DNA of 61,599 nucleotides, filler included, from Dirinaria sp. TL-2023a (GCA_051941275.1; 10 parts of 10 records of this genome joined end to end with filler, not necessarily neighbours in it), one strand, 5' to 3'. Shown: positions 38,202-51,889, counted from the whole stretch's first letter. Notes: a model not told the origin generated them from the sequence alone. Numbers and translations are program-made.

Positions 38202-41200
38202 TCATCCGGAAGAAGGAACAGACACACCGAGTGTCCTTAGCTCGTTTTTCATCAGCTCTAGGTCTCGCTGAGGATCCTCGTCCTGGTCTTCTTGCCCTAT
38301 ATTGATCACAGAGTGCAAATCTGTGTAGTCCCACAAGTAGCTCATGTTTTTCTTTTCATGTGACGTGAGATTCTTGAGCAATATTCTCAACATGAGATTA
38401 TTTCCTTGTGTGACAGCCCAGCGGAACGGATCAGATAGATCGTGGGATGCCAGAGTCTGGACTATAGCTCCATAGCGGATCAGCATGTCTGCAATGTCTA
38501 TGCGATTGTATATGGCAGCGCAGGTGAGAGCGCTTTTGGGAGGATATCCATGATCCATTGTATTGGGATCAGCGCCGCCAATGAGGAGAGCTTCGACCAT
38601 ATTATTACGCCCATGCCGGATTGGATGTATCAGCGCGGGCTCCCACCTTGGGTCCAGTTGTCTGAGGTTGATGCCATAGGCGATGAAGGTGTTGACCATC
38701 TCCAAGGAGCCCGAAGCGACGGCGATATCTAGTGCTAATCGTCCACTTGAGTCTCTAAGATCTATTTTTGCTCCAGCATCTAGAATAGACTTTACCACAG
38801 GGGTCGTACGATTTTGTACAGCAAGATGCAGCGCAGTCGTTTCATCCTTGCTATATACGTTGACGTCGGCGCCAGCATCCAGAATCGAATTAACCACAGC
38901 GAGAGAACAATTTGCTCGAACAGCAAGGTGAAGCGGCGTCATTTTATCGTCGTCATGTGCGTTGACATCCGCGCCCATTGCTATTAGTGCTACAGCTCGC
39001 TCGTCAGATCTGAGAAGGGGGTTTTCGCAACCCAAAGCTTTGAATAGCTGGGCAAGTCCCGGACTATCTTTGACTTCCAAAGCAAGCCCTTTTCCTCGTA
39101 ATAGCCGTAGGGTAGAAGCCGGCGCGTGTGAGATAGCTGTTTGGAGTATGCTCTCTCCTTGATTATTCTTGCTGTGCAGGTCAGCACCTTCTGCAATGAG
39201 TATTCCCACAACTTCATCTCTTTCTATTGACTGTTTCAGCATGTATTGTAAAACTGTATTGCCATGCGCGTCCCTAGCATCTACAATTACTCCCCCAATG
39301 AGGAATAACTGGACTATCTGTATCATAGCATGCCGAGACACCATGTCCGAGGGACAGCATGCATAAAATAGAGGAGTTTTCAAAGTGGAGTCAGTCCCCT
39401 CCACCTCTGCACCATACTCTAGTAAGAGCCTAGAGAGCCCGACGTTGCCCTCATAGGCAGCCACGTGCAAAGGTTGCAGGCCGGTGATACCTTCTAGGCC
39501 GCCCCTTGAGAGTCCTAAAGGATCGCCGAGGCTTTCATGGCGCCTTGTTAGGAAATGTTTTACATTAATTCCTGCGTACGCTCCACAAGTGAAGGTAAAT
39601 AGGAGTCTCAAAGTGTCCACCCGCCGTAATTGGAAAGCTTGGTGCATGAAATCTTGGTTGGATGCAATCGAGGAGTCTTCCCTCAAAAGTAAGGTTAGTA
39701 TGTCTAGTTGGCCTTTGGTGATTAGTTGTCCAACCTGCGTTTCTGTGCTATATTTCAGATAAGAGGATAGAGGTGCTTTCTCTTGAAGTAAGAGGATCAA
39801 GGGCTTGTGAGCTGCTTCTAAAGCCCAAAGAAACACAGTCAGGTGCGGAAGACCTTTTGGACCCTCGCTGATACCCCAAGGACGAAAGTCAAACAGCAAA
39901 TGCTTGGAAAACACCAGGTCTCGCAAGCGTTTCCACCGTAGATGAACCACGGTAGTATCTTTTTCAAAATGCACTGCGTGCCAGATCCAGTAGTGCCTAA
40001 CGTAGCTGAGCAATTTATACTTCTCTTCGAAAGGCACGCTTGGACTCGCTTTTTGGTATTTTTTTAGGAGTTCCACATAGTCAACATCTGGCAACAGTCT
40101 TGCATCTCCTCGATTGTACAGCCTTAAAAGAAAATCGTAGATCGTTTTGTTGAAGCCTAAAAGTTGTACGATGTGTGAGAACGAGGATTCAGTTGAGGGC
40201 TGCTCTCTTGTGATTGGTGGTTTCTTTTCAGTCAATGTAATTTGGGTTTCAAAGTCGGCAAAGCTAAGATATGTAAAACAGATGTCTGCCACGAAGTCTT
40301 CTTGGCCCTCCACACTAAAAAAGGCATGGTGACGTAAGAACTGGGAGACAGTATGATGTGCAAGACGCACGGTGTTGTCAGTCTGGTCGAACAAGACTAA
40401 AGCTCCACAATTTTCGACTAGGCGTTTCCCGTCCGACTCTGTTGATATTTTGCTCCTGTCCCAAAATTCATCTCCCGGATCAATGGCAATTGCTTCTCGG
40501 AGCTCGAGCAAGGTCAGGTGTCTCCTCGCATTGAGCGTCCAGATAAAGATCTTTTGTGCTTGGGCAACTTGCCGTTCAGGTTTCCGGGCGACTTTTTGAA
40601 CTATACGTTGGTACGTCTCATTCAATCCCTTTGGAAGATCGTGTATAGCGGTCCGGAAGTTGTGATCTGAATGAGAAGGATCACTGAGCCCCTCGAGCTG
40701 AAAGAAGACCCAAAGGAACCTATATTGTTAGCAAATCGAGCAAGATTGAGGCGCTTCAGAAGCTCACATTCCCTGTGCTTTCATCATAAGCTGGCGCTCT
40801 ACCTCGGCCTGCAATCCCGGGTTGTTTTGAATTACGGAATGGCTTGCCAATTTCTCCTCGACGGAAGCCGTTATGTACGCGTTCACGTCATGGACGGTAG
40901 TGCTTTCGGACACAACTATTTCCGGGTACAACTCAAGCGCCTCGCCAATCAGGGAGCTCTGGCGGCTCGAGACGAATATCTTTACGATCGTCGTATCAAT
41001 AGCTACGAGTGTCGTGATTAGACCACAAATGCCGTTCTGCGTGTCCAAGCTAGTTTCGTCAATTCCATCGAGGAAGATATATAAAACAGTATACTTGTTG
41101 GTGATGGAGCAAAGCAGCTCAATTAGGCTCTCCGGCGAAGGGTGCCGCAGTCCATCCCCATATAATTCCCGGATATTCGCAATCACAGAGTCAGCTATCA

Positions 41201-42543
41201 CCGGCTGCACGATTAGCAGTTGTTGGATGATGGTGCCGACGATCGAATTTAGGTCCAGAGTCATGCTGTCAGCGTAATCGCAATAGAAATAAGCAGTAGC
41301 TGAGCGATCACAGTCGCTTTCTAGGGAAAGTGCTTCGATAACACCGGCACTAGGGTCGAGTGAGCTTAGCCTGGTGCAATTGTACCACGGTTATTGACCT
41401 ACGTCAAAATCGTCTTACCGCAGCCGGCTACCATAGTGAATGAGCCAAAAAAATTTCAGGAATGAAGTAAAAGCGCAGCATGGGAAACACCTACGTATTC
41501 CATTACACCGCAAACAGCCGGAGCTTGTCGTCTCTTTCCAGTCTTTGAAGACATCTAAATCGAAGATCCACGTTCCGGTATTCTTGTGCCGTTGTTTTAG
41601 AGCTTTCCAGTGTTGCTTGTCCCATTGCACTGACGATAACATCGACAAGACCTTTATCCGCTCTTCTTCTAAAATAGACTTTTAGCCACCAATTATCTGA
41701 GTAGCGAGACCATGTCGTACCCTTCTTCTGTTTCTCTAGCTGCAGTAAAATTGAACTTTCTATTTCCCGCGCCTTTCCTTCTTCTAACAGGTTTGAGATG
41801 CCTGCTTGCTTCTCCACCGCCTTTCTGTGCTGCTGAAAGCGGGCCATAAAGGTGCCAAATTCCTTGTCAACGGTCCTCCAGGCAACCTTAAGTAAGATAC
41901 GGAGATTTACCACTAGGCAAAATGCTCAGTCAGACTCTAGGTTCCATGACTTATAATGGTCGAAAACGCATACTAGAATGCCTTTTTGCTCTCTTGAAGA
42001 CCGCTTTGACTGTTGTGCAGAAAACGATCACATCGAGATACGCAGTGGCTAACGCTTGCGTTAGACGTAAATGAGACGGGAATAGTCGTTCGTAAATTTG
42101 AAACCGTGGGACCACCTGCCCAATCTGTGCAAGCATATCAATGAGATAGTCGAAATACTTTCCAAATTCGGATGAGAGCTAGGATCAGGAGTCAGATACT
42201 CTTTGTTTAACGCGTATCTGGAAACCGAGAGAAGGAGTTTACAAACCTGTATCAGTACGCGGATAGATCCCCACACAGGACACACGATCGTTGCGGATGC
42301 ATTGGAGTACACATCAAGTGCTTTTGTCCACCCATCGATACCCATCAAGAGGGTGTTCATTTTGGCAGCTAGAGCTCTGGACACGCTCGTGGCTTCGTGG
42401 GTCTTTTGGGCAGCACTGGCACTATAGAAGACGTTCTCGAAGGTGGCATTGGCGAATCTAGCCTTCTCAGACTCATCAAGGTCCTCGACAAATCTCTCTC
42501 TTGCCAGCCTCCAGGCATCGTTTGGTAGAATTTCCGAGGCCAT
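38202..42543 (-). CDS. Fungal NLR-like STAND protein: helical N-terminal domain (Goodbye-like) + NACHT + ankyrin repeats, multi-exon
   Basis: N-terminus AWRLARERFVEDL..ALDVYSNA..CPVWGSIRVLI. NACHT: GTWIF..FKDW, Walker A GIPGCGKT (split by an intron), AYFYCDY, Walker B YIFLDGIDE, KIFVSSR, KAQGM/FL. Winged helix LTLLELREAIAI..VRLAHHTVSQFL. Many ankyrin repeats (QPLHVAA, TPLHLAV, TALHLAV). Confidence 0.9.
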
Positions 42544-43192
42544 AATGGTGGGTAATGGCACAAGCCGATCTAGTCAAGCCAACGTTCGGTTCTTTGCCCG
42601 ATCAGCGCTAGAAAGTAATGTCAGGCTTGATTTTCTTATAGAATAGCCTGACCACAGCAGAGTGTACTGTCCCCACCATCGTCTTTCTTACGTCTGCGAA
42701 GACTGCTGATTGGACTTAGTTGGAAGGAATTTTCATCTATGCCGAAATGCACACGGCAGGCTTCTCAAGATGACCCATATCATTCCGTGCAGGGAGTTCG
42801 TTGGGAAGCAAAATGAAGACAGCTGAGATATTGTGGCTGAGGGAATGACACTTGTCGCACTGCAGCAAATCGGCATTCGTATCAGCAACTATCTATGAGC
42901 TGACTCTACTTCAGCCTTGCGATGACGGCAGGCCGCAGGTGGCAGTGCATGGAGCTGCGAGGCTCACGGGTTGGCGGGGTTTACATGGAAGCCGCGGGCT
43001 TTACCAACTCTCCATCACTGTCATCTCATATATCCGCTGACCTTGATGATCATATCAAGGATCTTGATCGCATTTGAAAATAGACAGGCAAACAATGACA
43101 CCTCTGTGATGACATGGACGATGGAATTGCTGGCAGCATTGCGGCTCTCGAAGGCACGTCCCTCGGCACGTGACTATACCAAGACGCCAGGT

Positions 43193-43292
43193 NNNNNNNN
43201 NNNNNNNNNNNNNNNNNNNNNNNNNNNNNNNNNNNNTTAATTAATTAANNNNNNNNNNNNNNNNNNNNNNNNNNNNNNNNNNNNNNNNNNNN
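43193..43292. other. Artificial contig spacer
   Basis: N44-TTAATTAATTAA-N44. Confidence 0.98.
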
Positions 43293-44312
43293 CACGAACG
43301 TGCCATCGTCAAATATGCATACCGTTAAAGCAGGCTGAAGGTGTTAGGGGGAAAAAATTGAAAGAGGTATTGATAGATGGAAAACAATGAGTGAGGGGAG
43401 CGGTGTGGCAGCAAAGAGAAGGGGGTGTGGCGATAGAGTAGGGTGGTGTGGCGGCAGTGGGATCCAAGAAAAAAAAAAGAAGGTTTTTTCTTGGAAGAAT
43501 ACGTATGTATATCTATCGAATCATATCTCCTTCGAAAGAGATTATAGTAAAATGTTATTTCAATTTGAATCTATTGTCATTGATTCTTCTCTATCTCTCA
43601 ATATGCCTCTGTTTCTTTCTTTCGATTTTCCTTTCCTCATGTGGTGGGTTCTATCTTCTATCTTCATTTCTTCCAGATGAAAATCTCTAAACAGTATGTA
43701 CATATTTAACACAGATACATGCCGGCCGCTGAATAAATGTGATACCTGAGGTATGCTCGTGAAGAATCGCCGGCATGATTTTCATGAAGACAAGGGAGGA
43801 AAAAAGAATGCCATCTCCTGGTCATTCCTCCCAATTTGTCTCGCAATAACCGCGAGGGAGACTACAGCGTAAAATGAAGTGGAGCAGAAAAGAATAAGGA
43901 AAGGAATACCTACCTTACTTTACTGTACCTTGGACCGGATATTAGGGCTTCTGAGGGCAAAAGGAAGGTGAAGGAAGGAGCACGAGTACTACGCTGTTGA
44001 TGAACAAAAAGTAAAGTAATAATAAGGTACTTTGGCCATATTCATAGCTCTCGCTTGACACAAAATGCCACGTCTAAGTCTTAGTAGTATGCACGCTCGC
44101 TTTTTCTAATCTAGCAGTAACCACTCCACGCCAGTGCTTCAGAACTCTCTCCAGCAAAGAGAAAACATAAAAAAAAAAGAAAAAGAAAAAAAGATATGAA
44201 TGCCGGTCTATCCATCATCCCAGTCATGCCTAGTTATGGTCTAGTAGAAGACGGGTATCAATCGCCAGTTTTATAAACAGGGAGAGAAAGGGGTTAAAAA
44301 AAGAAAGCCATT

Positions 44313-46223
44313 TCATGAAGTCGTCTGCTCAGCCTTCTCAACAGCCTCTTTTTTCCTCTCCTTCGCCGCCAACGTATCCTTGACCCAGGTCTCCACCTCC
44401 CTCAACGCTCGGACGGGTTCCTTCTTCCTCGTAAGCAGGAACCCTTGGATTTCCGCGGGCGTGAATGTATCCTCTGGGATCTTGCAGGCGAAGTCGCTCG
44501 CTATACTCCCTAATTGAGCGGACGTGAGCTCCGAGGCTGGGATGTCGGCAGGCAATGCTGTCGCTGGAGTCGCAGTGTTGTTGAGTGCCGAGGCGTCGAT
44601 GGAGGAGTGCTCGGGAGTCGCCGCCATGCTACCGAGAGGGGACTCTGGAGGCGTAAGCATCGAATTTGTGATTCCCGCTATGTTGTTGCGGGCGGAGAAC
44701 GCTGGTTTGCTGTTAGGGGCAGTAACGCGGTTGGTGAGGCCGGGAGCTTTAGCGGCTGCGTTGGGTACGGGAGCGAGTTTGATGGGCTGCAGAGGTGCGT
44801 CCGGGGAATACATCCGCCTAAAAAGCTCGCTCATCTGGGATCGCGTAGCCCTAGTAAAGTCGATCCGCATGTCTATTCTTCCCGGTCGGATCAGCGCATC
44901 GTCGAGTTTATCAGGGAAATTGCTCGTCATGACCAGCACTCTGCCTTCATGGGAGGCTACTCCGTCTATGACATTCAGAAGACCGGAAAGAGAGATGCCT
45001 TGGTTATTCTTGTTGTTCTTGTTATTCGCTTGCTGAGCCGTGGTGAGGGCTTTGGTGATTTCTGCACCCAGCTTCGCCGCTGCGTCGTTGTCATCTTTGG
45101 ATTTGTTAGACGAAGCATCCTCGTCTGAGCGCTTGGTCAGGCCAGCGCTATCGATATCTTCGAGAAGGACTACGCAGCGGCGCGGCAGGCTGGTAAACAT
45201 TTGTCCAAGGTCTTCTTCAGTCAGAGTAGGCTCAACGAGAGAAATGCAATAGATGTCGAGCCCAAAAACACCAGCAATGGCCCAGGCAAGGGAGGATTTG
45301 CCCGTGCCTGGTGGGCCGGCGAACAGATAGCCGCGGCGGTAGGGAATACCTCGGTTGGCATACCAGCGTGGTGTAGAGGGGTGCAGATACTCGTTGATAT
45401 CAGCTAGGATGCGCCGTTTCTCGCCTTGGTCGAGCACAACTGTATCCATTGGCCGGGAAGGCCGTGTGGCTACTTTATTCCAGACGCTTCGGCCCCTGCC
45501 ACGCATATCCTTCGGCGCCGGCCGTCGTACGACAGTGCAAGCTTTTTCCTTATTGAGGTAGTGGTCCCGAGCCTCCTTAATGAGTTCCTTAATCGGGGCT
45601 GTCGAACGCCCGATGCACGTCAACTTGATGCTCTCGTCGTTGTAAAATATCGACGTGCCACCCCAACCGCTACCCATCATCGTTTTGGAATCACGGCTGA
45701 AGATAAAGAATTGGCCCTTGTGCCAGAATCGGTGAACGCCGTAGAACGGTTCGAATGTCGGAGGGACCTTGGCATCCCAGTTGCTGAAGTTGAGCAGCTC
45801 GTCTTGGTCTAGATCTTCGCTCATTTCGGATTCCTCTGTATCCCAGGGATTCTCGCGGCCAGTCCTGGCCATCAGGCTGCGGGAGCTCTTGGTGATGTCT
45901 TGTATTCCCAGCCATTCCATGATGTGGTCGTAGATGTCATCGTGAGATTCGACACTGATGGAGCTCATGCAGTATTTCGAAAAGTGGGTTTCCGCATGCC
46001 GCCACAGGAAAGAGAAGGCACTGATCAGGCCGAAAAGCAAGAGGCATACCGAGACTATCAGGGTGATATCAACCCCCAACGCATCGAACAGGAACTTGGA
46101 GATGACCGAGTATCCGGGGATGAAAGCCTCGAGCAGATTTGCTGGGAGCTGTGTGATGCTGGCAGTACCATTTTCCGAGGCTTCCGCATTTTCCAAAGCC
46201 TGGATGGCGCCGGTGAAGCTCAT
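44313..46223 (-). CDS. BCS1-like AAA ATPase (filamentous-fungal paralogue), intronless
   Basis: N-terminal TM (LLEAFIPGY..ITLIVSVCLLLFGL), BCS1_N region, RGIPYRRGYLFAGPPGTGKSS, LLEDID, SLSGLLNVIDG, LDDALIRPGRID, FTPAEIQGFLL. First ATG at 46223. Confidence 0.92.
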   Translation of the reverse strand: MSFTGAIQALENAEASENGTASITQLPANLLEAFIPGYSVISKFLFDALGVDITLIVSVCLLLFGLISAFSFLWRHAETHFSKYCMSSISVESHDDIYDHIMEWLGIQDITKSSRSLMARTGRENPWDTEESEMSEDLDQDELLNFSNWDAKVPPTFEPFYGVHRFWHKGQFFIFSRDSKTMMGSGWGGTSIFYNDESIKLTCIGRSTAPIKELIKEARDHYLNKEKACTVVRRPAPKDMRGRGRSVWNKVATRPSRPMDTVVLDQGEKRRILADINEYLHPSTPRWYANRGIPYRRGYLFAGPPGTGKSSLAWAIAGVFGLDIYCISLVEPTLTEEDLGQMFTSLPRRCVVLLEDIDSAGLTKRSDEDASSNKSKDDNDAAAKLGAEITKALTTAQQANNKNNKNNQGISLSGLLNVIDGVASHEGRVLVMTSNFPDKLDDALIRPGRIDMRIDFTRATRSQMSELFRRMYSPDAPLQPIKLAPVPNAAAKAPGLTNRVTAPNSKPAFSARNNIAGITNSMLTPPESPLGSMAATPEHSSIDASALNNTATPATALPADIPASELTSAQLGSIASDFACKIPEDTFTPAEIQGFLLTRKKEPVRALREVETWVKDTLAAKERKKEAVEKAEQTTS

Positions 46224-48238
46224 GGTTGCTGAGTGTTGAACTTGTGTGACGTTCAAGCGAAGGAACTGAAGGAGTAAGCAAGAATGTTACAGTCAGCTTA
46301 GGTCTAAGATTTGGGTAGCCTGTAAGGCAGCCTGTCAATTCACACGATCCGACTGTTCACTTGCAGAATGGAATAGTGCTTATAACGCGCAGTGATCAGA
46401 TGACTGACACCTAGGGCAAATTGGCGAACCATCTCAGTCCATACCTCTAGGTCTTGGTTTCGATCAGGCTGTCTGCCATAGCAAGAGCCACCAACCGAGC
46501 CTGCACGGAATCCTTCCCTGCAATGGGATGAGCAGAGATTGCCAGATCAACAACACTTATAGCCACGCGCCATGGCAAAGCTGACAAGTCTAGGTCATGG
46601 CGACATGAGTCACTTTTAGGAAATGCAAGCACCCAGCCTCTTTCAGCAGAGATATACTGGAGCTGAGGAGGTTGCATATGAGCGAAGCAGCTGAACTTGG
46701 TGAGGGCGCATACAGCCATAAAAGCATGTTACTTAGATCTAAGAAGAAAACGGCGTGAGAGGCTAAACTATAGAGAGAACGGTTCCTTCATCCGAAACGT
46801 AAACGGGATTATAAGTCAAAGATCCCTGTCAGATGAGACTTGCATGTCGATAATAATATTAACAATAATAGTGTAATGCTGCGAAGCCTGTGTCATTTCG
46901 ATAATAATAATACCTTCCAGTACCTAGAGGAAGCGAATAGCATGAGGATATCGCATGTGTGCCTTGCATAAAGTAACCGGGTATGGAATTAGAGCCGCAA
47001 CGAGATAGAGGCACCTTAGTAACAGTACAGTATGTATATCCGTCGGCCGGTATTAATTTTTTCGTGGCGGAGTCCGTTGAGCATGTGTGTATGCGAACTC
47101 CTGCACAAGTTGCTGCACAGCCTCCGCCACAAAATGACGCGCCGGTGGCTGTCGGGAACTGTGGTTCACCACCTGCCGAGCTTAGCTCCTTTGCTCCGTA
47201 GGCTCGGAAAGAAATACCTTGATAAATGGAAGTACGGAAGTAGGTAATCAATAGGTAAGGTGCATACAGTAAGTACTATTATATGTACCTACAGCACTTA
47301 CATCACACCAGCTATTTTACCTCAAGTACCTTACCTACATATATAACTCCCAGCTCTCGTCGCACCCTACCCCTACAGCCGCCAACCCTTGGCGCCACGC
47401 TCCCTACTCCGCTGACAGTCTTTCTTGTCTTTTTTTCTTCTCAACTGCTTCGACATGTCTAGGCAACAGCCGTACTGATATACTTGCCATGACGGCGACT
47501 GCGTGACACACCGGAAGGGGTTGGTTCCACGGAGTTATCCGAAGCCAGCGATGTACGAAGCAAGGGCATGCATGAGATAGCGAATGAACGACGCTCGAGG
47601 GCCCTTCTTCCAAAGACTTCCATCCACTTCTATGGACATTTCCAAGGCTTACATTCCATGATCCGTCTCAGCAAAACGTTGTTCTCTCATCCATCCCCCG
47701 GACATCCGCTTGCTCATCGTCCATACGGAATCGGGGTGGCGGTGGTAAGTTGGTCCTCGTCAGATGAAACGCAACGATTGGGAATCAAAGATTTTAAGAC
47801 TCCACAACGCTCTCGGCCGTGTCGGGTTTTACACCAGTGCGACACTGTTTGCCACTGTGGCGGTCAGTCTGTATATCCTTCTTCTCGACATGTGATTGCC
47901 TAAGTGCCGGTTCGAGTCTGGCGATGTGCAGGCAACCTCCACGACCTCCAGTCAGCATCCCGGAGTCCGCTAGGCTGGAGTGTTGAGATTGTCTAGCCAT
48001 CTTAGCTTCCGAAAAAAATATATTGGCATCGGGGTGGGGGCCAGATAGCACTGGCTATTGAATGGACACGTACGAGGTTGAAGAAAATGCTCACCACGCC
48101 CAATTGTTGATGCTGTCAGCAATGAGGTAATAATATGACTCTGGAGCGGCGATATACTTTTTCAATGTGGGTACCAGAGTCAATCAAGAGCCCTTCACTG
48201 GTGGACTCGGTTACCGTGCTTCGATTCGAGCATCATCT

Positions 48239-49356
48239 TTAGGCAGGTTCTAGATACCGCTTGATCCACACCACTTGCCCTCTGCCAGGATCCATCACCA
48301 AAGCGAAATGCGTCTCTTCGTTTGTAATCGGGTAGCTGTCCAGCCATGTCGTGAGGCGCCGCTGTGATATGGCTCGATGCGAACCAGAGCCTTTTGAGAC
48401 TGTCTCCCACTCGCGTACCAGTTTTGCTTTGCGTGATGTACTTTCTTCAACGAGATCGAACATCCCCGTCATCTCCAACGCGGTGCGAGAAGTGGCTTGG
48501 GTATCATTTCTCGTGTCCGATGACTGTTCCCTCCCCTCATCATGATTTGTGGTCACAAGGAAGTCCTCGGCTGATTTGACAACAGCCGTCCGGTGATCCT
48601 TCTCCATAGACACGGTCCTCTCACCGTCGCTGAAGATCAAGTAGGCGGCTGTGGTGACGGCAGTAGGCAAGCGATGCTCGATCGAGGCTAGCGTTGAGTA
48701 TTTGGAACTAACGTTACACGATAAAAGGGGTTGCCTTAGCAGTGAAGAGATGGAGTGGCGAAACCCAAGAATCACAAGAACATGATGGAAATAGAAGCGG
48801 AAATTGGCTAGTCTGCTGCTGGCGTCGTGATTGGGGCGAAAGTTGAGAGATATACTTAAGCCTTTGCGGACGCCCGTCAAGACGCCCACGAAACCTACGT
48901 AGGTCACGCTGGTCGCGATCACCGGTCCGCCATGACTCTCGACGAAGTCCAGCTGCACTATTGTCTTTCGTAGAACATCCATGCCCCAGTCAAGCGTACG
49001 GAAGTGTAATATCTTGGTGCCTTCCCTGGAGCGCCGAACGCGGACGCCACCCGATGTGCATCCCATGAAAAGGTCGAGCAGCACATTGAAGGCGACGAGC
49101 AGATACATCTCTATCCCTGTCACTTGATGTATGCCGCGTAGCTCTTGCGTTTGCTCGTCGCTGTGGAGTCGGCGGAGGAGAAGGCGAGCCACGCGATGGA
49201 CGGTGTATACTGAGAGATTAAGAGGGAAGCTTTGAACCACCTCATCGAAGAGCGGCGGGAGCGATGCAAGCTCAGTCTTGAAGTCCTCAGCCAACTGTTG
49301 GTAGCGCTCCACTGGAGGCAGTGACAAGTCGATGGTGTATCTCGGTGTATCTCGAG
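48239..49356 (-). CDS. Acid ceramidase / NAAA-like Ntn-hydrolase, 5' end cut by contig edge
   Basis: PRYTIDLSLPPVERY, ELRGI..AFNVLLDLFMG-CTSGG (nucleophile Cys after the autocleavage site), HFRTLDWGM, YVGFVGVLTGVRKGLSISLNFR, TNHD. No ATG before the spacer. Confidence 0.88.
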
Positions 49357-49456
49357 NNNNNNNNNNNNNNNNNNNNNNNNNNNNNNNNNNNNNNNNNNNN
49401 TTAATTAATTAANNNNNNNNNNNNNNNNNNNNNNNNNNNNNNNNNNNNNNNNNNNN
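49357..49456. other. Artificial contig spacer
   Basis: N44-TTAATTAATTAA-N44. Confidence 0.98.
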
Positions 49457-49945
49457 GACCGGGGAGAGGGAGTTGGTTGAGGTGGGTTTGATGGATAGAC
49501 TAAGAGAGGGAAAGGACTTGGGGAAGATGCTGATTGAGAGACTAGGCGAGTCCTTATGATCGGATTTGGGGTGTGGGGTATGCGGCTGCGAATGCGGAGG
49601 ATAATAGAGATGATTGGGGCGAGAATTTACTGGGGAAGGCGCTGATGAGGGTAAGGGAGAGATTGAGGCAGTGGGAAGGTCAGAAGGGAAAGATTGTTTG
49701 AAGGCAACCCGTTGCATGACCCACGATTGAAGGAGATCACGACGACAAGATCCTTGCACAGCGCTACGATGGCATATTTGCCGGATTAGGACACATTCAC
49801 GGGCTAACGGGCTATCAGTCAATAGCTTTTACTTCCCTTTTTCTGAAAGAGCTAGCTCGGAGTGCTGAAAATTGAGTATTCCAGACCTTGCACACAGCAA
49901 AATAAAAAATACCCACCCAAACACCAAAGCCAAGAAGCAGCACTA

Positions 49946-51265
49946 TCAGAGACGGGGCTCCGGTAGTGATCCGGTCCCAAAAAGTTCCAGTTTGATCCTC
50001 TCGTCGCCAACGCTCAGCGCCCTCAATGACGCCCTCATATCGCTCATGAAACCTTCAGGTCCGCAGATGTAATACACGGCATCGCTCTTATCCAGAAGTA
50101 AGTCCTGCTCTTTATCCAGCTTTTCCAAGCTCATCCGGCCCGCGAAATTATAATCCTTGCCGATCATGTCTTTCTCGTCGGGATGTCCTAGGAATAGGCT
50201 GAGATGGATGTTTTGGTGCTGTGCCGCCATATCCAGGACGTCCTTCCCAAATGCTTGGACTTTGCTATTCCTTGTGCCATGGATCCACGAGATGGGCTGG
50301 GTGGCATTCCGCTCGGCGAGGGTCTTCATAATCGCCATCATCGGCGTAAGACCCACCCCGGCGGACATGAGCACAAGAGGTCTCTGGTCGTGCGCGACGT
50401 CGAGAAAGAATTCGCCGGCAGGGTGCGAAACTTGCAATGCATCGCCGACTTGCTTCTCATTGTGCAGCACGTTAGAAATATAGCCCGGGTGCGCCATCGC
50501 GTCCGGGTGTGCCAGATCCAGGCCTTGCTCGCGCTTGACGCTGATGCGGTAGTGACCCGTCCGGGGAGCGTCGCTGAGGGAATACTGGCGCGATTGGAGA
50601 TGCTTCAGATCGTACACTTCCGTGCGGATGGAGATGTACTGGCCAGGCTGATACGAGGGCAGGGGCTTGCCATCCTTCGGCTTCAGCAGGAACGATGTGA
50701 TCTCCTCCGATTCTCGGATCTTGTCCGCGATCTCGAAGTCCCGCCAGTCGTCCCAGCCGTCGGTTTCGCTGTAGATCTGGCCTTCTCGGCCGATCATCAG
50801 GTCCGCGAGCTGTTTATAAGCCGTCGCCCAGGCCGTCAGGACGGGCTCAGTCAGGGCTGCCCCGAGGACATCTTTCATCGCTTTCAGCAGGTAAAACCCC
50901 ACGATATCATACTGCTCTGGGCGGACCTGTGATAGAGGCAACCGTCAATTCAAATTTCATTACCCTTCGTCCGCGATTCTGCCGGCTCGACTTACATATA
51001 GCGAAGCGTGCTTCTGCGAGATCCGCTCCACGGCCGGGGCTAGCACGCCCAGATCATCGATGTAGGAAGCGTAGGCGTACAACGCGTCTGCCAGCGCGCG
51101 CGCCTGCTGCCCGTTGATCTGGTTGGTGTGGTTGAAGACGTTGTTCAGCTCTTTGTGGGCGGCGAGCATGTCCTCGTAAAAGCGGGTTGTGATTGTGAGT
51201 CCATGCTCGCGCAGGATCGGCACGGTCGATCTAATGATCTGAACCTGTTCCGGTGTCAATCCCAT
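49946..51265 (-). CDS. YHB1: Flavohemoglobin (NO dioxygenase), about 416 aa, 2 exons
   Basis: Exons 51265-50996 and 50926-49946. Globin domain (TVPIL.EHG.TITTRFY..Q.RALA..ISQKHASL), FAD-binding RQYSLS and YRISVKRE, NAD-binding SAGVGLTP, YICGPEGFM, ELFG. Confidence 0.96.
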
Positions 51266-51889
51266 GGCTAGTGGCGAATTATTTACAAATCAAGCTCTTA
51301 TTTTGTGGGATTCGGGAATGCTTGGGGCCTTTTACAGAGTGCCGGAGAGCGTGTCCTGTTCGAGGGATTATATACTCATGACTTCGGATGTGAGCTTCGA
51401 TGGCTGCGTGTGAGATTCATCGTTGCATTCATCATGCCCGTTGGCTTTCTTCGTATTCTGGATGAATTTTCTTTCTGTTATCTTCTCCGCGGACGCGCAG
51501 AATCCTGCTTGCAGCTTCCATTTAGGGCTGCCGGGTGGTTTAGGAATCGCGCTGCGTTAACGCTTATAAGGTAAGATGCCTTCGTACTCCTCAGAGGTAG
51601 ACTTCGATCTCAGAGTAGCAATCCGGAACGCCCCCATTATTGTACATTTCATTGCTGCGGATAGTTTGACATGCACAGCATCTTGCATGGAAGTTTCTCT
51701 GGGGTGGATGGACTACGTGATATGCACACTAAGCATCTGTACAGTATGTTTAATTCACGCGACCGGGGTGTATGCAGTGTAGGTAAGCACTTTGCACTAG
51801 GTTCGGGATAAGAGCTGCTTATCAAAGACGTCCAAGAACATTTACGCAATCCTGATCCTGATACTGACCAGTCCAGAGACGGGTTAGCT

